DNA from: an uncultured archaeon
Lineage (GTDB): Archaea; Asgardarchaeota; Thorarchaeia; Thorarchaeales; Thorarchaeaceae
DNA length: 64,000 nt
Direction of reading: 5' to 3'
Assembly (NCBI GenBank): GCA_964473825.1
Contig: CAYYQL010000006.1
Location: 8,903 to 72,902, forward strand
Shown here: positions 45,878 to 54,168 of the stretch, in pieces
How the letters are laid out: every line of letters starts with the position of its first letter
Numbering within the stretch: the stretch's first letter is position 1
Notes under the pieces: generated by a model
The model's database searches: none
What the model saw: the letters and a program-made list of their open reading frames with translations, nothing else
Told to the model about the DNA's origin: nothing
Translations under genes and position numbers: made by a program

Positions 45878-48568
45878 GTGGTTCTGATGCCGAGTGATGA
45901 ATTATCGGACTCGGAGATGTCTGATCTCAAGTCGCGCTTGAAGGCCCTTGGCAACCGTTATGCCCTACAGAGCCTTGAGGTCCTCAGTCCAAAAACGGGC
46001 GAGATCATCCCAGAACTTGGTTGGGATGAGATTGTGGAAGGGATTCTGGCTCTTGAAGGATATGACAAACCAGAGAGGCAAGAGAGGAGAGAACGGACGC
46101 ACGAGCAGGTCATCTATGAAGAAGAGAAGGGGAGGTTGGCATCAGGAGGTACCCTCTATGAGAGCATGAATAAGCTGGTCAAGATAGGATTTGTCCAGGC
46201 CAGGGGAGAGAGGGGCAGAAAGAATAGACGTTTCAGGATAACTCATGATGGGCGACTCGCACTCTCAGCCATAAAGACGATGCAGGGCCTAATCGGAGGA
46301 GATACCGAAGTCAGTAAGACCGCAAGAGTTCTCCTTCGACACAAGAACTTTGTGAGCCTGCTTCCAGGACAGGAGAAGTTCCTCCGAGAGATTGACAAAG
46401 TTGAGAAGAATTTAGTAATCCAGATGCCACCTGGTTCGGGCAAGACCTTCCTGGCGATGATTATGATCGTCATCCATCTCCAAGCGGGAGAGAAGTGCAT
46501 CTATCTCACACCCTATACATCATTGAACAGACAGATTATTGACGAGTACGGTGAGCTGTTTGAGCAACTGGACTATTCTGTGGTGAAGTATGATGCGCAG
46601 TCCCGAGTCACGGAACGTGACCTAGAAGAGGCAGACCTCGTGGTGGGCATCTACGAGTCAGTCCTCTTTTCTCTGATGCATCAGAGGGATTGGACGCGAA
46701 GGATTGGGCTGGCAGTCATTGATGAATTGACTGAACTCGATTCTCTCACAAAACGTGTGCAGCCACAGAATCTTGGGACTGATAGGAGTTCTCGGCTGGA
46801 TTTCCTGATTACTCTGTTGAAAGAGAAGGCACAAATCATCACGCTCTCGTCACGATTCGGGGAAACGGAGGAGGTCCTTGCATGGCTGAATGCAGATATC
46901 TTCCGCCCGACCTTTAGACTGCAGCCAGATGAGTTCCTTGTGACACAGGGACAAGATGGTGCAATCATTGTAAGCAGTGACGGAGTACAGAGATGCAGAT
47001 GTAACGAGAAGAATCTGATAGATGCAGTGCATGAACATATAGACGATTACAAGACGAAGTCCATGCTATTCGTGGTTGGAACCCGACTGGGAGCGGAAGA
47101 ACTCGCCAAGTGGTTGGCGAAGTCCCATCCCAGAGAAACATACAAGGGGGTCATCGAGAGGGTAGTAGGTCCCGCAGAGCGGACTTCACTAACTTCTTCT
47201 CTGTCTGAAACCTTAGAAAAGGGGATTGCATTCCACCATGCCGGGCTGCAGATCTCTCTCCGAGGGCGACTAGAGCAAGAAATCAAGAATGGCAGAATCA
47301 AGTGTGTAGTTTCGACCACGGGAATAACTGCGGGAACCAGTTTTCCTTTCGACTCTGTAGTACTGGTCTTTGATGGTTCGCTTGAATTCCTCAGAACGCG
47401 CTCAAGATACCTACAAGTTTCCGGGCGAATAGGAGAATACCATCTTCATCGTCATGGAGGCAGTGTTTACTTGGTCTTTCTCCAACCCTCTCGGAGGTTC
47501 AGAACGGTTGATGACTTGCGTGACAGGCTTCTTCACTCACAGCTTGGACCTCTTACTCCAAATGCAGTAGATCCAATCTCCTTTACAGACCTCGTATCAA
47601 GAGAGATGTCGGAAAGCACCAGATTCAAACCTGACAGCCTGAAAGAGAGGGTGCTGAGACTCCTCAGAGGAAGTTTCAACGCCTTCATAGATGACGACTA
47701 TATCAACAAGTCTGAAAGAGATGTGGAAGCTCTGATCAAGTGGATGAAAGGCAGACGGTTGGTTGAGTCAACTGGTCAGTTCCTGAAACCAGCCACAGAA
47801 ACAAGAGCCGCAATTCAGGCAGGACTCAGCATAATCGATTATGAACGAGTCCGAAGCACCCTTGCTTCACTCGATGAAACGGCTGAGCAGGAAGCCCTCA
47901 TAGACATACTTCTGGAATTCAGACTTGTACAGTCAGCAAGACCTCGAACTGTAATGCCATCAGAGATCGAACTCTACTTGGCAGAACTAGCGAAGCCAGA
48001 GGGGTGGCTCCTAGAATTGACCGATGGTCGAAGGACTGTGAAGAGGCAGGCTCTCTTAGATTGGATATCGGAGATGACCATGGCAGAAGTGATAGGCCAT
48101 GCAGAACAAACAGCAGAGAACCTTAAGGTGGGCGACAGACCAGTTTGGGGATCCAGCTTGGACGATGGGGACTTGGTCAGCCTTGTGAACTGGTCCAGTG
48201 CCATTGCATTTACGATATCAGACTATCTTGGTAGAACTGGTGCAGACACGCTGTCCCAACGTTTCGAAACTCTAGGAAACCAGCTGAAGTACGGAGTGAA
48301 GCAGGACTTGGCCGAATCGGACTTGTTGAGGCTGGGGTTAAGAGATGATACAGGAGCATTATCGAGATCGGTTTCCCGTGCCGAGGCACGGACACTCTAT
48401 GAACATGGATACCATTCGATTGAGCAAGTGGTGAAGAAAGATGTGGATGCCTCAAAAGAGGGCTTGGCTAGAGAGCGCTTTGCGGCAAAATCTGGGCTGG
48501 ACAAAGGTCTAGCATTGCGCATCTACAAATCCGCTCTAAGAGTAGTCCGACAAAGGCTTTCGGAGTAG
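45878..48568 (+). CDS. Ski2/Hel308-like superfamily-2 helicase with an N-terminal winged-helix domain
   Basis: The N-terminal wHTH is GGTLYESMNKLVKIGFVQARGERGRKNRRFRITHDGRLAL. Walker A is MPPGSGKT and motif II is VIDELTE. IAFHHAGL and VSTTGITAGTSFP are present. Motif VI is variant (QVSGRIGE). Confidence 0.75.
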   Translation: MVLMPSDELSDSEMSDLKSRLKALGNRYALQSLEVLSPKTGEIIPELGWDEIVEGILALEGYDKPERQERRERTHEQVIYEEEKGRLASGGTLYESMNKLVKIGFVQARGERGRKNRRFRITHDGRLALSAIKTMQGLIGGDTEVSKTARVLLRHKNFVSLLPGQEKFLREIDKVEKNLVIQMPPGSGKTFLAMIMIVIHLQAGEKCIYLTPYTSLNRQIIDEYGELFEQLDYSVVKYDAQSRVTERDLEEADLVVGIYESVLFSLMHQRDWTRRIGLAVIDELTELDSLTKRVQPQNLGTDRSSRLDFLITLLKEKAQIITLSSRFGETEEVLAWLNADIFRPTFRLQPDEFLVTQGQDGAIIVSSDGVQRCRCNEKNLIDAVHEHIDDYKTKSMLFVVGTRLGAEELAKWLAKSHPRETYKGVIERVVGPAERTSLTSSLSETLEKGIAFHHAGLQISLRGRLEQEIKNGRIKCVVSTTGITAGTSFPFDSVVLVFDGSLEFLRTRSRYLQVSGRIGEYHLHRHGGSVYLVFLQPSRRFRTVDDLRDRLLHSQLGPLTPNAVDPISFTDLVSREMSESTRFKPDSLKERVLRLLRGSFNAFIDDDYINKSERDVEALIKWMKGRRLVESTGQFLKPATETRAAIQAGLSIIDYERVRSTLASLDETAEQEALIDILLEFRLVQSARPRTVMPSEIELYLAELAKPEGWLLELTDGRRTVKRQALLDWISEMTMAEVIGHAEQTAENLKVGDRPVWGSSLDDGDLVSLVNWSSAIAFTISDYLGRTGADTLSQRFETLGNQLKYGVKQDLAESDLLRLGLRDDTGALSRSVSRAEARTLYEHGYHSIEQVVKKDVDASKEGLARERFAAKSGLDKGLALRIYKSALRVVRQRLSE

Positions 48569-48572
48569 GCAT

Positions 48573-49079
48573 TCATTCTTTACCGAATTCCCAGAGCTCG
48601 TCACCCACATGGTGCTTCGAAAGGATGGCTTTTCCTTTCTTTGAGGAACGGATTTCGTCGGCATCCATCGTGGCAATACCTACGGCAAGAGGTTTGCTAT
48701 GGCGTTCATCAACAATGGACACCAATGCCCCCTTCTGCACCTCGTCGTCAACCGCGGTGATGCCTGGTCGCATGATGTCCGCACCGTTTGCGACGAATCG
48801 TATAGCACCCATATCCACAGTGACTTCAGGTAACGAAACAAAATCATCCAGAAGCGCCCGAAGAGACGGAATCATCTTGCCCTCGGATTCGAAGAAGAGG
48901 ATCTCTCCCTCATATAGAATGACGCGGCTCCCATCATCCGTGATCGCCTCCTCAAGCCTGCTGCCTTCTGGGAGGGTAATCTCTGTGCCCAGCTCGCTCT
49001 CGAAGGATGCAACCATCTGACCTTGGTCGCGCTCTTTCATGAGGTGTCGTTTCTTTATGCGTTCAATACGTGGCATCAT
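48573..49079 (-). CDS. PUA-domain RNA-binding protein (Tma20/MCT-1-like, COG2016)
   Basis: VTVDMGAIRFVANGADIMRPGI...GALVSIVDERHSKPLAVGIA is the PUA core. The product is 168 aa. Confidence 0.75.
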   Translation of the reverse strand: MMPRIERIKKRHLMKERDQGQMVASFESELGTEITLPEGSRLEEAITDDGSRVILYEGEILFFESEGKMIPSLRALLDDFVSLPEVTVDMGAIRFVANGADIMRPGITAVDDEVQKGALVSIVDERHSKPLAVGIATMDADEIRSSKKGKAILSKHHVGDELWEFGKE

Positions 49080-49257
49080 GAAATCGACCCCCGTCCACCT
49101 TTTGAAAGCTCCGCAAGAGGATCAGTAAATGAGAAATCTCCACTTACTCATCGTCATCTTTAAAAGCCGAGTCCAGAGCTTTGCGCCAGCGTCGGGAGCT
49201 CAAAGGCTATACGACGAGGGTTCTGTACTGGTGATATCAGTGAACGCAGGTAGACCG

Positions 49258-49497
49258 ATGGATTTGCTTCAGAAGTCGATTGGCGCGCAGGTGCTTGTCG
49301 AACTGAAGGGTAAGAAGAAACTGAGAGGGAAACTGCGGGGATATGACCAACATCTGAACCTGATCCTCGAGGATGCTGATGAGATATCCTTTGACGACGA
49401 AGCAGGACAAGAGATAATCGAGGTCATCAAGACCGTGATTGTCAGAGGCGATAATGTCGTGCTGGTATCGCCACCCCCAAAATCAGCTAGGGAGTAG
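49258..49497 (+). CDS. Sm-like archaeal protein (SmAP/LSm)
   Basis: From the internal ATG it has Sm1 ([29 protein letters not shown]) and Sm2 ([12 protein letters not shown]). It forms the conserved pair with rpl37e. Confidence 0.85.
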   Translation: MDLLQKSIGAQVLVELKGKKKLRGKLRGYDQHLNLILEDADEISFDDEAGQEIIEVIKTVIVRGDNVVLVSPPPKSARE

Positions 49498-49504
49498 AAC
49501 AATA

Positions 49505-49693
49505 ATGGGAAAGGGAACTCCGTCAAAAGGCAAGAAGAACAATCCTCACCATATCAGATGCAGGCGATGTGGTAGAAGATCATATCATGTGAGAAATAAG
49601 CGATGTGCTGCCTGTGGATTCGGAGTCTCCAGCAAGATTCGGAGCTACAGCTGGGCTCATAAGAAGGTCAACGGGACACGAATTCGCGGTTAG
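49505..49693 (+). CDS. rpl37e: Ribosomal protein eL37
   Basis: [40 protein letters not shown] has the C4 zinc ribbon of L37e. Confidence 0.9.
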   Translation: MGKGTPSKGKKNNPHHIRCRRCGRRSYHVRNKRCAACGFGVSSKIRSYSWAHKKVNGTRIRG

Positions 49694-49744
49694 ATTTCAT
49701 CCCTCATTGTCATTACTTCATTTTATATTATCCAAGCGAATACA

Positions 49745-50119
49745 ATGAGTATGAGCTCTCAGAAACTGGTCTTTGTATACAATGCTGACAGTGGCATCAC
49801 GAACGTGATGAAGGACTTCTTTCACAGATTTGTATCACCTGCAACGTATCCATGTAATCTGTGCGCAGTCACCTATGGCAACTTCGGAATGAAGGGCTCG
49901 TGGAAATCGTTTGTGGAGAGTCTTGAGGTGCCAGTGGCGTTCCTGCACAAGGATGAGTTTAGCGAAGAATACGCGATTCAGAGCGCAGAACTTCCGTCAG
50001 CATTCATCGAAGAAGAGGGGAAGCTGGAATACTTCATCACAGCGGAGGAGATGAACGCCGTCGTGTCAGTGGATGAGCTCAAGACTCTAGTCAGACGAAA
50101 GCTGGATGAGCAATTCTAA
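49745..50119 (+). CDS. Small conserved-looking hypothetical protein with a C-x2-C motif
   Basis: The 124-aa product reads KLVFVYNADSGITNVMKDFFHRF...YPCNLCAVTYGNFGMKGSWKSF...VAFLHKDEF. It has an alpha/beta pattern reminiscent of thioredoxin-like folds. No family name was recognised. Confidence 0.45.
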   Translation: MSMSSQKLVFVYNADSGITNVMKDFFHRFVSPATYPCNLCAVTYGNFGMKGSWKSFVESLEVPVAFLHKDEFSEEYAIQSAELPSAFIEEEGKLEYFITAEEMNAVVSVDELKTLVRRKLDEQF

Positions 50120-50181
50120 GGATTGGTCATAAGTCGAAAATTTATTGGGTTCTTTAAGCGCCATCACAATCAGACTATGAT

Positions 50182-52038
50182 TTGAGAATGTCTGAAGATG
50201 GGAAAAGATTCCTATATGGCATTGAGATAGCTGACATCCGACGAACCAGTTTTGAGCAGCTTACCGACCCGATTCAAGGGAAATCGCCAAGAGAATCTAG
50301 GTTTCTGCATAGATATGCGGATTCACTAGAAATAAGGAATAACCCAGCAGTTGATTCGAATCGCCTGGGTGAGAAGCCGATAAGTGACCTCTCGAGAGAG
50401 ATGGGGGACTGGTTCTCCAAGGAATCAGGTGATAGACACAGTCTGCATTCCAAACTCGCTTTGAAGAATAGAATTCGGGATACACAGGAAATTCAGAATC
50501 GGAGGAACGAAGCAGACAGAGAGGAAAGTCTGGAAGGCGACGGATTTCGAGTCGCCGTCAAACGAGGTGGCTCTATTCGGGATATCGAGAAACTCGCAGG
50601 CATTATATGCGGCGAAACTGAGAGAGATGGTAGGCGGGTTTCTTTCTACGAACTCAATCTTGACGGTCTAGACGATGAGAGTCTACGCAGATTCAAACAA
50701 GCAGCTGATGATAACAAAAGAGTTCTTGAAGCGAATCTCAGAGAACGGATTCGGTTGAAGGGTCGCTATGAAGAACTCAGGGTTGGTCTAGCCGGTCTTC
50801 GTGTGTATGTCTGGAAGATCAATCGAACGCCAGACGATATGCTCAACGTCTGGGGCGACCGATATTTCTACTTCAAAAAAGGCGAATATGCCACGATCAT
50901 CGATAGGCTAAGCTCAGAATTGCAGCTACCGGAGGAGAAGTCGGAGAGAGCTAAGCATCTCAACGAGCTTATTCGAAACATGATTTCAGAGGATGCCACA
51001 AGCAAGATTCTGCATCGAAAGGCCAGACCGCGTCTAATCGGAGATTTCCTCCACTTTATTCGTGACACAATAGGTGTGGACAATGCCTACTTCGAGGGGA
51101 AGATGACCAAGGTGACTTCACGATTCAATAGAGGTGCGATAGATAATCCCAAGCTCCCTACTGGACAAACACTTGAGATACTACGCGCAAAACTTGGAGC
51201 GGTTGTCAATAGTGATTGTTGGATCGGCGGAAACGGAATAATGTGGTACTATGAAGGCAATGTTGATCGCATAAGAATCGTGGAGAAGCTGTTTCAGCAA
51301 CTTGGTGACATCAAGATGAAGATGGCAGAGGCGGAAAACAACACAAGCTACAGAATGCTTATGCCGCGCCACATCGGGAGAGCATTCATCTATTGGGGGT
51401 TTACAACCGATGACAAATCGATACGAAACCAGAGGCTAGTTGAGAGCATTCGAGAAGGCGCCCGTGAGGTGTGGAGTCACTATCTCAGAGAACTAATACC
51501 GGAAGATGGATCGTTCAATAACATGAGCGGTTTTCAATGGAGCCGCTCGATTGTATTGAATCCCGGCCGGCAGGATGAAAAATACGGCGTGGCTCCCAAA
51601 TTGAATGCTAGTCAGGTTTCATTCATCAAGGAGAATGGACGTCATGACAAGAAGAGAGGATATATTCACCTCCAGCTTACTGACTACCTCAAGGCCGAAG
51701 AAGAATCAAAGACTGAAGTCGTCAAGAGCTTCAAAGAGGTAGTTTCAGAGAACAGATGCAAGGTGTTAGACGATGAGGCAGGTCTTGCAGAGAATCTAGG
51801 GATAGGGGTGAGAATCTATCCAGAATGCATAACGCTATACGAAGGAACCGGAAGGGTTTCAATCAAATGGGTCGCTACTACGCAGGACGCGGAGAATACC
51901 ATCAGATGGTGTCTCATCGCGATGCCAGATGACATCCGAAAACGTGGGCTTGTGCAAGACTGGCTGGCTGAAAGGCCGGACGATGTTGAGAGAGTCAGAA
52001 GACAACTCGAACATCGTGGGCTTCTGGAGAAGGAATGA
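50182..52038 (+). CDS. Large orphan protein; the C-terminal half has two tentative LAGLIDADG-like helices
   Basis: 618-aa ORF with clean coding appearance. The segments LRAKLGAVVNSDCWIGGNG and YLRELIPEDGSFNNMSG lie about 110 aa apart, each followed by strand-like sequence. The N-terminal half is paralogous to 63394-64000. The stop codon lies 1 nt from the tRNA-Ala 3' end. Confidence 0.6.
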   Translation: MRMSEDGKRFLYGIEIADIRRTSFEQLTDPIQGKSPRESRFLHRYADSLEIRNNPAVDSNRLGEKPISDLSREMGDWFSKESGDRHSLHSKLALKNRIRDTQEIQNRRNEADREESLEGDGFRVAVKRGGSIRDIEKLAGIICGETERDGRRVSFYELNLDGLDDESLRRFKQAADDNKRVLEANLRERIRLKGRYEELRVGLAGLRVYVWKINRTPDDMLNVWGDRYFYFKKGEYATIIDRLSSELQLPEEKSERAKHLNELIRNMISEDATSKILHRKARPRLIGDFLHFIRDTIGVDNAYFEGKMTKVTSRFNRGAIDNPKLPTGQTLEILRAKLGAVVNSDCWIGGNGIMWYYEGNVDRIRIVEKLFQQLGDIKMKMAEAENNTSYRMLMPRHIGRAFIYWGFTTDDKSIRNQRLVESIREGAREVWSHYLRELIPEDGSFNNMSGFQWSRSIVLNPGRQDEKYGVAPKLNASQVSFIKENGRHDKKRGYIHLQLTDYLKAEEESKTEVVKSFKEVVSENRCKVLDDEAGLAENLGIGVRIYPECITLYEGTGRVSIKWVATTQDAENTIRWCLIAMPDDIRKRGLVQDWLAERPDDVERVRRQLEHRGLLEKE

Positions 52039-52039
52039 A

Positions 52040-52176
52040 TGGTGGACCGGACGTGATTTGAACACGTGACCTCTTCCAGTTTGGAAGTCAGGCTAGTCCT
52101 TGACAGCTGCCAAGGAAGCGATCTATATCCCTGTGGCCTCAAGAATGAGGCTACAACCGGGCTAATCTACCGGCCC
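52040..52176 (-). tRNA. tRNA-Ala (anticodon GGC) with two introns (D-loop and 37/38), encoded CCA
   Basis: The fold was done by hand on the minus strand. The acceptor GGGCCGG/CCGGTCC has the G3:U70 Ala identity pair. The D stem is GATT/GATC, interrupted by an insert of about 31 nt containing the hairpin GCCTCA-TTCT-TGAGGC. The anticodon stem is CTTCC/GGAAG with loop TTGGCA plus an insert of about 29 nt. The T arm is ACGTG-TTCAAAT-CACGT. Confidence 0.8.
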
Positions 52177-52318
52177 ACGTGTTGATTTCGAGTTCGTGAA
52201 CAGATGGTTAAAAGAATTGTGGAGTGTATTGTGAGGGAATCAACGAATGCTCAGCTGCATTTCGCATAGTTCTCAACTGGGGCCACAACAGGTTTGTCAT
52301 CTGATTTGAACTTCATCT

Positions 52319-52864
52319 CTATTGGAGGACCAAGGGGGAGAGAAGCCGATCCGATTCTGACAACTGAAGCCGAGTGACAAGTACTGCAACCTGTGAAAGG
52401 AAGTGGTACAGTGCCAATCCCTCGTAATCATCTGGAGTGATCTCAGTCAAGTAGAGCAGCCTGTACCGATGGTCACAGGCTCTGACCAAGAATCGGTTTC
52501 TTTCGAATCTATAGACCCAGGCAAGAGTGACCTCGTCCTATTGGACATATGGAGGGTCGAAGAAGCAGGCGGGAATGATTCGTCCATTCTTGATTATGCT
52601 TCTAACTGACTCTTTGACTGGCTCTGTATTGGTCCATGCGGCCCTGAAAGCAAAGATGAATGCTGAGAGGTTCCCATCGCTATGATTTCTGAGATAGAAG
52701 AGAAGGGAAATCACTCTGCGTGTGATGTAATGGTGGCCTGGGTGATCCGGCGGATTCTTCGGAATCAGGCTGAACAAGTCAGATGCCGTGTCACTATCTC
52801 CATGGTAGATGCAAACTGTTTCAGGAAAATCATGATGGAAGCAACGGCGTAGATTCCATCCCAT
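52319..52864 (-). pseudogene. Hypothetical gene interrupted by a single in-frame TAG (pseudogene or recoded ORF)
   Basis: The track ORF 52538-52864 ends ...FFDPPYVQ-TAG. The same frame continues DEVTLAWVYRFERNRFLVRACDHRYRLLYLTEITPDDYEGLALYHF... for 72 more codons, to a stop at 52319-52321. Confidence 0.35.
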
Positions 52865-52905
52865 TCATCATCCACGCTAGAACAACGTATTGAAAAAGCC
52901 TGAAG

Positions 52906-53493
52906 GTGCGGAGAGATACTATGAGCCACGAGTCGGACATCTTCACGACACCTGTTCAGAGGATTCCTCTAAGATACCTACCGGAGGAGGGGCTAGTTCT
53001 AGACATCGGCGGAGGCGGTGAGGGTTTAGTTTCAAGGCTGGAGGGAGAACGGGTCTGCGCGGTGGACATTCTTTTGAACAAAATCAGGGAGGTCCGAATC
53101 TACGGTGTCAGGTCCCAGTGGATACAGGGCGACGCACGGAACCTGGGAATCAGAGATAGAACCTTCGATATCGTGGCCTGTTGGTTCTCGTTGGGCTACC
53201 TGTCTGAAGTAGATGCTAAGAGGCAAGTGCTTGTGGAGGGCCATCGCGTGCTCAGGACGGAGGGACTGTTATCGATTATTGGCATGAGCATACCGGGGGA
53301 TGTGGTCAAGCATGTATTTGATGCTGAGTTTATCTTTCCAGACGGCTATATCTCAAAGATGAGTTATGCGGTATCAGGAACTCAATACCAAACGATGGAG
53401 TCACTCATCGCTCTAGGGCAAGAGATAGGATTCACTCTTCAGTGTGCATTGGACCATGAACACTGGTTCGAAATCACTATGAGGAAAACATGA
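52906..53493 (+). CDS. Class I SAM-dependent methyltransferase
   Basis: It has VLDIGGGGEGLVSRL (motif I), CAVDI (motif II), GDARNL and FDIVACWFSLGYL. Confidence 0.8.
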   Translation: MRRDTMSHESDIFTTPVQRIPLRYLPEEGLVLDIGGGGEGLVSRLEGERVCAVDILLNKIREVRIYGVRSQWIQGDARNLGIRDRTFDIVACWFSLGYLSEVDAKRQVLVEGHRVLRTEGLLSIIGMSIPGDVVKHVFDAEFIFPDGYISKMSYAVSGTQYQTMESLIALGQEIGFTLQCALDHEHWFEITMRKT

Positions 53494-53557
53494 GTTTCTA
53501 TGTTCCAAAAGCTTAAAGTGCGGACCAAAAACCTAGCGGGTAGACTGACGATTCAAG

Positions 53558-54085
53558 TTGAGTATTATGAGCCTTGCAGTTTGGTGGAGACGCGGTAGCA
53601 AGCCAGGACTGATTATCATGTTCCTAGGAATTGCTGGATTTGTGCAGGTTCCCGTGCTGTGGCATGCACAGACCTACGTGAAAGTTCTGAGTGCAGAGTT
53701 GCAGCTTATCGTTGCACTTGGTGCCATGGTTGTGCTTGGCGGTGCCTTCGTCATCATGGCTGAAGCGATGTACCGGTGGTCGCATATCGTTTCCAAGCGC
53801 AAGGTCAGAAGAAGGCAGAGGTCTCAAGCAGGATTCATCACCAGACTCTCAGAAGCAGTCAGGTCCTATACGGACTTGCCGGCATTCGTCGGCCTTGCCC
53901 TCTTGAGCTGCGTGTTCCTGATGCTCTACTTCGTTCCCTTTGGAATTGCAGACTTCACACAGCAACCATCATGGTTCGCCCCATTAGTGTTCGTGGATTC
54001 GCTCTATGTATACCCACTTGCCGTGAACATCTCAGCCATCCTCAGCGCACTTGTTGCAAGTTACATGAATCACAAGATCAAGTAG
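53558..54085 (+). CDS. Hypothetical membrane protein (4 predicted spans)
   Basis: The 175-aa product has four long hydrophobic segments and a basic loop (KRKVRRRQRSQ). No family was recognised. Confidence 0.5.
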   Translation: MSIMSLAVWWRRGSKPGLIIMFLGIAGFVQVPVLWHAQTYVKVLSAELQLIVALGAMVVLGGAFVIMAEAMYRWSHIVSKRKVRRRQRSQAGFITRLSEAVRSYTDLPAFVGLALLSCVFLMLYFVPFGIADFTQQPSWFAPLVFVDSLYVYPLAVNISAILSALVASYMNHKIK

Positions 54086-54168
54086 ATTCTCTCTTCTGAT
54101 TCTGCAGAGGGCGCTCCAAACAAAATGTTTAAGACACATAAGCGTTAACTATAGTTCATGTGATGTAG

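Noticed and set aside
45661-45954. 97-aa minus-strand ORF bridging the sepF/helicase intergenic region.
   Set aside because: It overlaps the starts of both well-supported divergent genes and has no motif. It is a likely artefact of an open frame across the promoter region.
52538-52540. The in-frame TAG could be a pyrrolysine codon.
   Set aside because: There are no pyl genes or tRNA-Pyl in the window. Another interrupted gene (63673) uses TGA, so ordinary pseudogenisation is the more economical explanation. I kept it only as something to exclude.
52538-52560. A DPPY tetrapeptide at the end of ORF 52538-52864 suggested an N6-adenine/N4-cytosine DNA methyltransferase.
   Set aside because: No SAM-binding F-x-G-x-G motif or target-recognition region is present. 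The ORF is far too short. The DPPY is followed two codons later by a stop, so it is most likely coincidental.
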